Origin: Candidatus Tayloriibacteriota bacterium
GTDB taxonomy: Bacteria; Patescibacteriota; Minisyncoccia; Phycocordibacterales; PALSA-1337
Reading direction: 5' to 3'
Assembly: GCA_003151615.1 (NCBI GenBank)
Contig: PLXZ01000001.1
Span: 3,795 to 67,794, forward strand
Length of the DNA: 64,000 nt
Positions 56,462-64,000 of this stretch are shown one piece after another. The position numbers and the translations under genes are program-made. Within the stretch, counting starts at the first letter, position 1; the number at the start of each line of letters is the position of its first letter. The notes below the pieces were generated by a model. It saw only the letters and a program-made list of their open reading frames with translations, was not told the DNA's origin and ran no database searches.

Positions 56462-56824
56462 TCAGTACGCGCCCATGTCGGCATTGATAGCGCTTACCGA
56501 TGACTGTATTTCCTGCTGGGTCCAATAAATGGCATACCAAATGGTAAAGACGGTCGAAAGCAGGAGCAGCCCGCAGGCAATCATGCCGATTTTCTTTGTC
56601 TTCGGATCGGCTGACTTGTAATATTTGAATCCCTGCCATTTTGTGACGGCCAAATAGCAGATCATTGGGAGAATCAAGCTGAAGAAATAAAGCCAGGCCT
56701 GCGCGCCAATTGAAGTGGAAAGAGGCGGCGCATTGAGCTTCGCCCCGCAATTCGGGCAAAAATAGTAGCTCGGCAAAACCGTCTGGTGGCAGGTTGGGCA
56801 CATTGTGGTTTGCGCGATTTCCAT
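56462..56824 (-). CDS. Zinc-ribbon domain membrane protein.
   Basis: N-terminal CPTC...CPNC followed by two TM helices. Confidence 0.6.
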   Translation of the reverse strand: MEIAQTTMCPTCHQTVLPSYYFCPNCGAKLNAPPLSTSIGAQAWLYFFSLILPMICYLAVTKWQGFKYYKSADPKTKKIGMIACGLLLLSTVFTIWYAIYWTQQEIQSSVSAINADMGAY

Positions 56825-56889
56825 ATATTTATATCATCCCATGTAACCATTTCAGTGCCAAGTCGTCCTAAATGGTGTAAAATAAACAT

Positions 56890-57882
56890 ATGAAACAAAA
56901 CAATACATCGCAAACGGGTCTTATCATGGTAATCGTCATAATAATCCTGATCGCGGCATATATATCGAGCATCGTCTTGAAACAGCCGGCGCCGGCCGCA
57001 ACATCGCCGGTGGCCACAACGACTATGCCGGTCGCAACTTCAACAATCAGCGCGACAACAACGCCTGTCGCTTCAACAACAACGGTAACGCCTCCGCCGA
57101 CATCAACGGGTCCGGCAATGATCTCGACCACGACTGCGGGAGTCTTTTACAAATATCCAGCGACGCTTTCCACAAATTACATCCAAACTGTCAATTGGCC
57201 GCCAATAGTGGTCGCAACCGACAATCAATTCATCTGCACGCAAACGGGATCGGCGACCGGACCAAACGGTAAAACTTCCCTTGTCACCATTAACACCAAT
57301 CCCTACTGCGTAACAGTGGAGGGCGACGGCGCGGCCGGTAGCAGCTATTACCAATACACATATGAATTTCCGAAAAGCGGCAAGACAATGGTGCTGACAT
57401 TTACACTCCGCTATCCGGTGTGCGAAAATTATGACCAGCCGAAATCGACCGAATGTACAAACGAAGAATCGACATTCAACGTAAACACAATCGGCGCTGA
57501 AATCGCGCAAAGCGTGCGCTACAATGTTCCTTTTGTTTCGTCACAGCCCGCGCCTGCGCCCGCCGGAGTGGTAATCAATTCCATTTCGCCCGGCTCCGGA
57601 CCGGTAGGAACCTCAATCACAATTACGGGAACAGGCTTCAACGCTTCCAATAAAGTCCTTTTTGACAACAGCGTGGCGGCTGCGAACGTGCCGCTCTCCG
57701 CGGCTTCATCCAATGGAGTGCTGGGTCTCACTTTCACGCTTCCATCGGGGATGGGTCCCGACTGCAAAGCCAACGAAGCCTGCCCAATGTATGAACTTCT
57801 CGTATCACCCGGCACCTATACCGTCACCGTCGAAAATACTGCCGGCGTAAGCAATGCGATTTCATTCGTCGTGACGAAATAA
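56890..57882 (+). CDS. Membrane-anchored protein with a Thr/Pro-rich stalk and a C-terminal IPT/TIG domain.
   Basis: TM helix LIMVIVIIILIAAYISSIV. TP-rich low-complexity region. C-terminal INSISPGSGPVGTSITITGTGF...TYTVTVENTAGVSNAISFVV. Confidence 0.6.
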   Translation: MKQNNTSQTGLIMVIVIIILIAAYISSIVLKQPAPAATSPVATTTMPVATSTISATTTPVASTTTVTPPPTSTGPAMISTTTAGVFYKYPATLSTNYIQTVNWPPIVVATDNQFICTQTGSATGPNGKTSLVTINTNPYCVTVEGDGAAGSSYYQYTYEFPKSGKTMVLTFTLRYPVCENYDQPKSTECTNEESTFNVNTIGAEIAQSVRYNVPFVSSQPAPAPAGVVINSISPGSGPVGTSITITGTGFNASNKVLFDNSVAAANVPLSAASSNGVLGLTFTLPSGMGPDCKANEACPMYELLVSPGTYTVTVENTAGVSNAISFVVTK

Positions 57883-57905
57883 AAAGGGAATAATTACTTA
57901 GCGTG

Positions 57906-57977
57906 TGTTCCCGGTAGGAATCGAACCTACATCAAGACCTTAGAAGAGTCCTGTTCTATCCATTGAACTACGGGAAC
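57906..57977 (-). tRNA. tRNA-Arg (anticodon TCT).
   Basis: A manual cloverleaf fold. Acceptor GTTCCCG/CGGGAAC, D arm GTTC-AATGGATA-GAAC, anticodon loop CTTCTAA, T arm GTAGG-TTCGATT-CCTAC. 72 nt. Confidence 0.75.
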
Positions 57978-58015
57978 GTGAAAAAACTATAGCAGACCAG
58001 GGGTAAAATGCCAGC

Positions 58016-58372
58016 TTATAAGGAAGGGTCTGCCGGACCGGGATAACCATGTTCGTATTGCAAAGCCGCTGATGATTTTTCAGACTGGACAGTAATGACC
58101 TTCTGAAGGTTTGCCGTATCGAGAGAAGGTTCCGAGACCGTTGAGGCGGCGGATGAAACATCCGAAGAATTAAGGGGTCCCGCGCTGACGATATGCCAGA
58201 GGGCAAAAGCAAAAGAAACGCACAGTACGGCGATGGCGATAAACAGTGCCAAAATGACCGTCCAGTCGAAATAAGGATCTTTGCCGAAGCGCATGCGGTG
58301 CGCAGCGGCTGAATTTTTCGCCGCGCGCGATTTTTTCATGAAAGGAAGTTTTAATTTGAATTTTGTTTCCAT
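58016..58372 (-). CDS. Small membrane protein, possibly a pilus-assembly accessory protein.
   Basis: 118 aa with one TM helix. It is co-oriented directly after the pilO-like gene. Confidence 0.4.
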   Translation of the reverse strand: METKFKLKLPFMKKSRAAKNSAAAHRMRFGKDPYFDWTVILALFIAIAVLCVSFAFALWHIVSAGPLNSSDVSSAASTVSEPSLDTANLQKVITVQSEKSSAALQYEHGYPGPADPSL

Positions 58373-58376
58373 ATAA

Positions 58377-58922
58377 CTATTCGTGAACCAACACGGCCGT
58401 CAGGTCAAAGCCGATCGTCCATTCTTTTGACGAAGCCGGCGACGCCCGAACGTTGTTGATGCTTTCCCCGTACGGCAGACTTTCGACCAGATGGAATGCG
58501 CGCATGGCGTCGGGCCATGTCCCCTGTATGTTGATATGCGCGTGTATGCTTCCGGTCGTACCCATGGCGGCGGCCGACAAATCATCGTCCGATATCGACG
58601 CTATCGTAACGGTTGCCTTGCCCGCTTCTTTTCCGACATTTTCGATCTGGCTTATGAATCCGACCGTCTGGGCGTCGCTGACGAAGAAAGAACTCAGAAG
58701 ATCGCGTTCGACCTGCGTATCGGAAAGAGTGTCGACGATCTGGCGAGCCTGGACTTCCTGCAGTTGAGCCTGGGCTATCTGGCCGTAGGCGGCGGAACTG
58801 TTCCTCATCTGCACTCCGACCTGGCCGTAAACAAACCAAAACGCAAGGACGCTGCAGATAAAAATACAGCCGGAAACGGCGAGTGCGAGATAATGGTTTG
58901 AATTGACGATTGCTTTTTTCAT
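58377..58922 (-). CDS. pilO: PilO-like type IV pilus assembly protein.
   Basis: N-terminal TM helix plus a periplasmic domain. It overlaps the pilN-like gene by 4 nt, and the operon context is pilM-N-O. Confidence 0.5.
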   Translation of the reverse strand: MKKAIVNSNHYLALAVSGCIFICSVLAFWFVYGQVGVQMRNSSAAYGQIAQAQLQEVQARQIVDTLSDTQVERDLLSSFFVSDAQTVGFISQIENVGKEAGKATVTIASISDDDLSAAAMGTTGSIHAHINIQGTWPDAMRAFHLVESLPYGESINNVRASPASSKEWTIGFDLTAVLVHE

Positions 58923-59458
58923 TGAATTCCCGTAATGCTTATGCTGAAACTTATGTTGGTATCCGACGCCAAATCCCCTACCGGCAAATCGACCTTTGAA
59001 AAACGGCTGTCCGACGCCAGGTTATTTTTAAAGGAAACAAGGGCGTCGCGGCTTGCGGCCTTTCCCTGAATGACAATGACGGTGCCGGCGGCTCCGCTGC
59101 GGCTGATTTCAAAATCAGTTATGGTCACTCCCGGAACGCGGCGGGAAGATATGTCTTCAATGATTGAAGAAATCATAAGCGTGTCCTGGCTTTTCTGGAG
59201 AGTCGTCACCGCTGAATTTGCCGCGCCGATTTGGGCGATCGCCGCAGTCGTGCTGGCAGATCGCGCGGTCTGTTCCACCGTACCGGCTTCCGCAAGAGCT
59301 CTTTTTTCCTGCGTCACGGAAATGACATATGAGGGGAAAAGCGTCACGATGCCAATCCATACGCCCAGCGACATGAAAAGCAATGCGAGAATGAACACGC
59401 GGATGCGGTATTCTTTTTTTAAATATGCGGCGGATTGTTCGGGGATGAGCGTATACAT
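58919..59458 (-). CDS. pilN: PilN-like type IV pilus assembly protein.
   Basis: Short cytoplasmic N-terminus (EYRIR), a TM helix, and a periplasmic domain. It follows pilM. Confidence 0.55.
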   Translation of the reverse strand: MYTLIPEQSAAYLKKEYRIRVFILALLFMSLGVWIGIVTLFPSYVISVTQEKRALAEAGTVEQTARSASTTAAIAQIGAANSAVTTLQKSQDTLMISSIIEDISSRRVPGVTITDFEISRSGAAGTVIVIQGKAASRDALVSFKNNLASDSRFSKVDLPVGDLASDTNISFSISITGIQ

Positions 59459-59462
59459 ATGT

Positions 59463-60455
59463 TTATGGATATTGGACGGGAAGGGCGAGACCTGCGGCGA
59501 CGGAATAATCCAACGAATCCCCGGCGGCTATCGGCGACACAAAATCTTCCGGCGAGAAAGCGTTGCCCCAGACGTTCGCAATTTCAACGCGGACGCCGGG
59601 CTCGGGCGAAATCCTCTCGACCAAATCCGCCGAAAGGGCGTCGCTTCCGGAAATGACGATGCGGTCTATTTCCTTTCGCCCTTCCCCGCGCTCCGCCCAG
59701 TAGTCGCTGATTTTTTTCGTTTCGGCGACGATTGTTTCGGCCACATTTTCGCCGCGCGAGATGGTTGACGTAAAGCAAGCGACTCCGTCATACACCATGT
59801 ACATGCCGATTTTGCGCTTAAATATATGGACGATGAGAACGGTTTCATGATCCGATTTTGCGACACGATTTTTTTGTATGAACGCGCGCGCCAATGCCCG
59901 GGCCTGCATTTCAAACGAGATGACCGTCAGCCCGGCATTGTTGAGTACCTCCAGATATGTCTCGACGACTTTCCGCGGCGCGACCGCGACGCTGGCGGAA
60001 ATAGTTCCCGCCGCCGGCACCTCTGTTCCCGGAATGGTGTCGAAATAAAAAATGGCGTTTGCCGGGGAAAGTGGCACATTTTCCTCCAGCCTGAACTCGA
60101 TATTTTGGGCCATCGTCTTCCTGTCCTTGTGCGCCGGGACCTGGGTTTTGAAAATATACATCTCTTCCTCGGGCAAGGAAGCCCGCACCCGCTCAATATT
60201 CAGTTCGCGGACCAATTCGGCGACAGTTGCCGTCAATTTCTCCTTTTCCTTCACAAAACCGGCTTCCACGATTCCCTGCACCAGCGGCCGCATGCCAAAT
60301 TTAGCAATGACGAGTCCGCCGTTCCTGCCGAATGTTCCCGGACCGCGCGCAAACTGTATGCAATGAACGGCACTGTCGGAAATATCAATCCCGGCATAGG
60401 GTTCGTCCAGAAATTTCGGCGGAGGAAAGAGCTTGAAGAAAGTCTTCGTAAACAT
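59463..60455 (-). CDS. pilM: Type IV pilus assembly ATPase-like protein PilM (actin-like fold).
   Basis: 330 aa. AGIDISDSAVHCIQF...ISGS is a PilM/FtsA-like pattern. Confidence 0.65.
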   Translation of the reverse strand: MFTKTFFKLFPPPKFLDEPYAGIDISDSAVHCIQFARGPGTFGRNGGLVIAKFGMRPLVQGIVEAGFVKEKEKLTATVAELVRELNIERVRASLPEEEMYIFKTQVPAHKDRKTMAQNIEFRLEENVPLSPANAIFYFDTIPGTEVPAAGTISASVAVAPRKVVETYLEVLNNAGLTVISFEMQARALARAFIQKNRVAKSDHETVLIVHIFKRKIGMYMVYDGVACFTSTISRGENVAETIVAETKKISDYWAERGEGRKEIDRIVISGSDALSADLVERISPEPGVRVEIANVWGNAFSPEDFVSPIAAGDSLDYSVAAGLALPVQYP

Positions 60456-60476
60456 GCGCCCATTATACTATAATTT

Positions 60477-61127
60477 TCAATTTGTTTCCCTGCGTTCATG
60501 GCGTTCCCGTACAAGATGAAAGACGGCGGGAATGAATGAAACTAAGATGATGAATACGACCAGCGGCGTAATATAGTTTTCAGCATTTGGTATGGTCTTG
60601 CCGAGAAAAAAACCGAGAAAAACGGTAAGCGCCGTCCATATGACTGCCCCGATTATATTGTATGAAAAAAACGTCCGGTAATTCATGGAGCCGACTCCCG
60701 CAATGATCGGGGCGAACGTCCGTACGATCGGCACGAAGCGCGCGAAGATAATCGTCTTTTTGCCGTGTCGGTCGTAAAATTTCTGCGCCGAGACCGGATA
60801 TTTTTTATCAAAAAAAAGCGAATCCTTTTTTGTGAAAATGGCCGGGCCGATTTTACGGCCGAACAGGAAACCGACGTTGTCTCCGGCAATGGCCGCGATA
60901 AGGGCTCCGATAAAAAGCACAATCACCGGAGGAACAATATGCCAAAGGGAAAAAGAAGGGAAAAAATTCTGCGAAGCCAGAAAGCCGGCGGTGAACAGAA
61001 GCGAATCCCCCGGCAGAAAAAAACCGAAAAAAAGTCCCGACTCGGCAAAGACAATGAGCCAAACTCCAACAAGGCCGACGGCGCCAATAATCGTGACGGG
61101 ATTTAAAATATCGTGGATGAGGTTCAT
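60477..61127 (-). CDS. DedA-family membrane protein.
   Basis: FFLPGDSLLFTAG...FGRKIG...ARFVPIVRTFAPIIAGV is the DedA signature. Confidence 0.8.
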   Translation of the reverse strand: MNLIHDILNPVTIIGAVGLVGVWLIVFAESGLFFGFFLPGDSLLFTAGFLASQNFFPSFSLWHIVPPVIVLFIGALIAAIAGDNVGFLFGRKIGPAIFTKKDSLFFDKKYPVSAQKFYDRHGKKTIIFARFVPIVRTFAPIIAGVGSMNYRTFFSYNIIGAVIWTALTVFLGFFLGKTIPNAENYITPLVVFIILVSFIPAVFHLVRERHERRETN

Positions 61128-61147
61128 GAAATTATTTACTGAGCAAT

Positions 61148-61534
61148 TTATTTCGCGCGCGTTCCCGGTGGAATGCCGGGACCCGGTTCAAGAAGCGAGA
61201 ATGCCCCGGCGACGCCTGCGATTACCCCATCGGTTCCGGCTTGTACCGGCGCGGGCGTCGAAACAGCAAACAGCATGCCGTTGCTTTCATATCCGCGGAT
61301 GGCCCGCGGTTCCAAATTCGTCACGAACATCGCAGTGCGTCCGACAAGCGCGGCCGGATCCGGAAAATACATTGCTATTCCTGAAACAATTTGCCGCGGC
61401 GCGGCTTCCGCAAAATCAACCGATAATTTCAGCAGTTTATCGGTATCAGGAATTTTTTCCGCGGATAGTATTTTGCCGGCTTTTATTTCTACTTTCGCGA
61501 AATCGTCGTAGGTGATTCTTTGGTTTTCATTCAT
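61148..61534 (-). CDS. tRNA-binding protein (CsaA/Trbp111-like EMAP domain).
   Basis: FAKVEIKAGKIL...DKLLKLSVDF...RQIVSGIAMYF...GRTAMFVTNLEPRAIRGYESNGMLFA. Confidence 0.7.
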   Translation of the reverse strand: MNENQRITYDDFAKVEIKAGKILSAEKIPDTDKLLKLSVDFAEAAPRQIVSGIAMYFPDPAALVGRTAMFVTNLEPRAIRGYESNGMLFAVSTPAPVQAGTDGVIAGVAGAFSLLEPGPGIPPGTRAK

Positions 61535-61548
61535 ATTTGAAGTATATA

Positions 61549-61989
61549 TTAGGCTTTCTTTTTATCCAAAAAACTTTGCAAAATAATGGCGGCGGCTGAT
61601 GCGTCAATCAATGCGGCGTCGCCTTTCAATCCTTCCATTTTTTCGCGCGGATTTCCGCGCGGCTTCCCTCCTGCTGACGGCTGGGACGCCTGCGCGCTGG
61701 TCATGAACTCAAGCTGGAAATGAACCGGCACTTTTATTTCTTCCTGCAGAACGACTGAAAAACTTTCGATTTCCTTCATGATTTCATTCGGCCTGTCGTG
61801 ATAGTCGCGCGAGTCGCCGATGACAATTTCATCGACTTTTTCTGCCGAGCACAATTCGCGAATTTCCCCGACCAAAGCCGCAATGCCTTTATTCGCAATG
61901 ACTTTTTTCGGAAACGCCATGGTGCCGCCGGAATCCGACAATGCGACACCTACCCTTTTCGAACCATAATCGATGCCGAGGTATTTCAT
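61549..61989 (-). CDS. ruvX: Holliday-junction resolvase-like YqgF/RuvX.
   Basis: MKYLGIDYGSKRVGVALSD motif. Confidence 0.85.
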   Translation of the reverse strand: MKYLGIDYGSKRVGVALSDSGGTMAFPKKVIANKGIAALVGEIRELCSAEKVDEIVIGDSRDYHDRPNEIMKEIESFSVVLQEEIKVPVHFQLEFMTSAQASQPSAGGKPRGNPREKMEGLKGDAALIDASAAAIILQSFLDKKKA

Positions 61990-62095
61990 CGTTCCAGTGT
62001 ACTTTAAGTTGAATGTTTGGGCAAAATGTGAGACTATGTCCACGGAATATATCTGATGAAGTTTTTGACATTGATTTTATGGTAAAATTGATTTA

Positions 62096-62605
62096 ATGTC
62101 AGAAAATTATACGAGAAAGCCAAATACAAAATGTTCAATATGCGATAAGCTTGTATATAAAAGACCCTCTCAAATTAAAAGGGGTGTTGAGAGAATATTT
62201 TGTAGCATGGCTTGCTACGGTGTTTCGTGCAGAAAAGAAATACCCTGTGTAGTTTGCGAAAAATTAATTTTATCGGGGAAAAACAGGAGGACCTGTAGCA
62301 GAAGTTGTGCAAATATAAACAGAGCCGGTATTCGTTATAAAATCAACAGTCCGCGTGATAAAGCGAAATCACAAAAGACGCTTAAAATCAGATTGCTCAG
62401 CACAAGAGAAAGGAAATGTGAACGATGTTCGTATGAAAATTATCACATACTGCAAGTTCATCACAAAGACAGGAATCGAAACAACAATAGTATTAATAAT
62501 TTGGAATTAATTTGTCCAAATTGCCACTGCGAGGAGCATTATGGACAAAAAGCAATACAAGGTGTACTATTGACAAAATCAGGGATGGGTGTCGGAGTGG
62601 TCTAA
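62096..62605 (+). CDS. HNH endonuclease with N-terminal Cys-rich zinc-finger repeats. AT-rich. The 3' end overlaps tRNA-Ser by ~23 nt.
   Basis: HNH core CERCSYENYHILQVHHKDRNRNNNSINNLELICPNCHCEEH. Local GC is ~37%, against roughly 45-50% elsewhere. Confidence 0.75.
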   Translation: MSENYTRKPNTKCSICDKLVYKRPSQIKRGVERIFCSMACYGVSCRKEIPCVVCEKLILSGKNRRTCSRSCANINRAGIRYKINSPRDKAKSQKTLKIRLLSTRERKCERCSYENYHILQVHHKDRNRNNNSINNLELICPNCHCEEHYGQKAIQGVLLTKSGMGVGVV

Positions 62606-62672
62606 CGAAGCAGTCTTGAAAACTGCCGTCCTCGCAAGGGGACCGTGAGTTCGAATCTCACCCCATCCGCCA
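62583..62672 (+). tRNA. tRNA-Ser (anticodon TGA), with a long variable arm and encoded CCA.
   Basis: Acceptor GGATGGG/CCCATCC. Anticodon stem-loop GCAGT-CTTGAAA-ACTGC. Variable arm CGTCCTCGCAAGGGGAC. T arm GTGAG-TTCGAAT-CTCAC. Ends G-CCA. Confidence 0.85.
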
Positions 62673-62741
62673 ACACGGTAACAAAAAAGCTCCGGAATAA
62701 TCCGAAGCCTTGATATAAATGTGCCGCAGTCATAGCATTCT

Positions 62742-63203
62742 TCAATCCCAGTCTCCGCGTTCCAGTTCATAGCGGAAATCGGGATCAAGCGCGGCGCGCA
62801 GTTCGAGACTGAATGTCCGCCACTTCATTAGGAGCGACCAAAATTCCGGTCGCTGCGTGCTGCAATATTCGGCGAAAAACATGGTGCCGTCGGGCAAGTC
62901 ATCGGTCCACACTCTTCCATGAGGCCGATGTCTTCGCCGCGCCTGCTGTGTTTCCAGCATCATGTTGTTCGGAATCGTTTCCGTCATTTTCTCGTCGAAT
63001 GCAATGACTCGTTCGAGAGCCGCGCGCCGATCGGCGTCGCGGTCTATTTTTGTCAAAAGCCGTTCGATGTAGGAGGGCGGATACGGGCGATGACCGTAAA
63101 GGCCGTCGGCGGAACCGTCGTCCCGCCACTTCCCCGGAAACAACTCGTCCTGCCGGGTGAAATCGCACGGCGGTTCAAAGATGTCCACAAGTGAAGCGCT
63201 CAT
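62742..63203 (-). CDS. Hypothetical protein (153 aa, Arg/Asp-rich, GC-rich).
   Basis: ORF only. Its composition differs from the bulk of the window. Confidence 0.45.
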   Translation of the reverse strand: MSASLVDIFEPPCDFTRQDELFPGKWRDDGSADGLYGHRPYPPSYIERLLTKIDRDADRRAALERVIAFDEKMTETIPNNMMLETQQARRRHRPHGRVWTDDLPDGTMFFAEYCSTQRPEFWSLLMKWRTFSLELRAALDPDFRYELERGDWD

Positions 63204-63284
63204 ATGGTTAGGTTTTTATTTCGATAAACATCAAATTACAAAAATCTTTACTGGAAATATAATACATTTTATATCGTATTTTGT

Positions 63285-63318
63285 CAATAAAAACACTATC
63301 GCCTGTCACGCGATAGTG
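63285..63318 (-). terminator. Hairpin (cactatcgc-ctgtcac-gcgatagtg) plus T-tract spanning the stop codon of the desaturase-family gene.
   Basis: 9-bp perfect inverted repeat. On the minus strand it is followed by TTTTTATT. Confidence 0.55.
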
Positions 63319-63980
63319 GTTGTTTTGAGACTTTTTAAGGAAGTGCCTTTGCGGCGTTTTCTTTCGCGGAACGCGGCGATTGCCGGTTCGACGAACGTGT
63401 CAAAATAACGGATGAGCGCAAAACGCGGTCGAGGCACCAATAAATCGGCAGCCGTCACGGGCTTGCCGTTCACGGGAATATCCGTCGAAAGCTTCAACGT
63501 TCCGAACAGCCAGTCCGCCAGAGGCAAACCACAGACGAACCCGCTGACCGCTTCATTGCATTTGATATGCGCATGGTGAAAAACGTGAAAGGAATAAACT
63601 TTTTTCGCGAAATTCTCCATCCGAAACCGGCGGGCTATTCTGAAAATATTGTCTTCCCAGAATATTTTTTCGTCCCGATGCTCGACGGCGTGGATGAGCT
63701 CGTATGATACGAGCGACCATCCGATTGATCCGACCATGACGACTGCGATCGGCCACGTCGGCAGAAGCCATTGGAGCGAGACGATGATCGGCGAACAAAC
63801 GACGACAAATCCGATATACGAATATGACGGAAAGAATGATGCCGGATATTGCCGGAAATGCACGATGGCAAACTTGTTCAGCCAATGCGTCGGATTGTCC
63901 TTCGGCACCGCATTGATCGGAGTCAGATTGTGGTGCACATCGTGATGCTGTTTGAAGAGACGGCCTAAACCCGGAACCAC
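63306..63980 (-). CDS. Fatty-acid hydroxylase / sterol desaturase superfamily membrane protein. Partial: the N-terminus lies beyond the window end.
   Basis: Histidine boxes HAVEH, HVFHHAH and HHDVHH. TM-rich. Confidence 0.7.
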   Translation of the reverse strand: MVPGLGRLFKQHHDVHHNLTPINAVPKDNPTHWLNKFAIVHFRQYPASFFPSYSYIGFVVVCSPIIVSLQWLLPTWPIAVVMVGSIGWSLVSYELIHAVEHRDEKIFWEDNIFRIARRFRMENFAKKVYSFHVFHHAHIKCNEAVSGFVCGLPLADWLFGTLKLSTDIPVNGKPVTAADLLVPRPRFALIRYFDTFVEPAIAAFRERKRRKGTSLKSLKTTTIA

Positions 63981-64000
63981 GGGAGCATGCAGGACATACC

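Noticed and set aside
1-64000. CRISPR arrays or tandem direct repeats.
   Set aside because: None were seen. The only significant long repeats are TR/VR and the paralogous surface-protein genes.

Overview
The window is a gene-dense bacterial segment that looks like a reduced, Patescibacteria/CPR-like genome; that placement is inference from gene content only. It is mostly housekeeping genes. These include rplJ-rplL, rpsF-ssb-rpsR, a ribosomal S10/spc-type cluster (rpsS-rplV-rpsC-rplP-rpsQ-rplN-rplX-rplE), six aaRS genes (metG, glyS, ileS, argS, aspS/asnS-like), ftsK, recA, efp, glyA, a thymidylate cluster (dCMP deaminase-tmk / thyA-like-dcd-folA), a sat-cysH sulfur pair behind a SAM-I riboswitch, pilMNO, two tRNAs (Arg-TCT, Ser-TGA), and several large secreted or cell-wall proteins (peptidoglycan-binding plus Ig-like repeats, an LCAT-like lipase).

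The standout is a complete diversity-generating retroelement (DGR) at 38650-41288. It has a DGR-type reverse transcriptase (motif 4 'LGNLTSQ', YADD), an Avd-like four-helix-bundle gene on the opposite strand, and an Asn-codon-rich template repeat (TR, 40056-40181). The C-terminal variable repeat (VR, 40559-40738) of a 252-aa target protein differs from TR at about 30 positions, all but one at TR adenines. The VR also carries a 54-nt tandem duplication relative to TR, and the two copies differ from each other only at TR adenine sites.

Other notable points:
- IleRS carries a ~250-aa insertion encoding a histidine-phosphatase (PGAM, RHGE) domain.
- The ThyA homolog has Asp at the pyrimidine-specificity position (E. 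coli N177) and sits next to dCMP deaminase, dCTP deaminase, DHFR and tmk.
- L29 (rpmC) is absent from its canonical slot.
- There is an orphan MazF-like toxin.
- An AT-rich HNH endonuclease gene overlaps tRNA-Ser and abuts a GC-rich islet.
- A 472-codon paralogous surface-protein gene at 1-1416 (minus strand) is missing from the supplied ORF track because it runs off the window edge.
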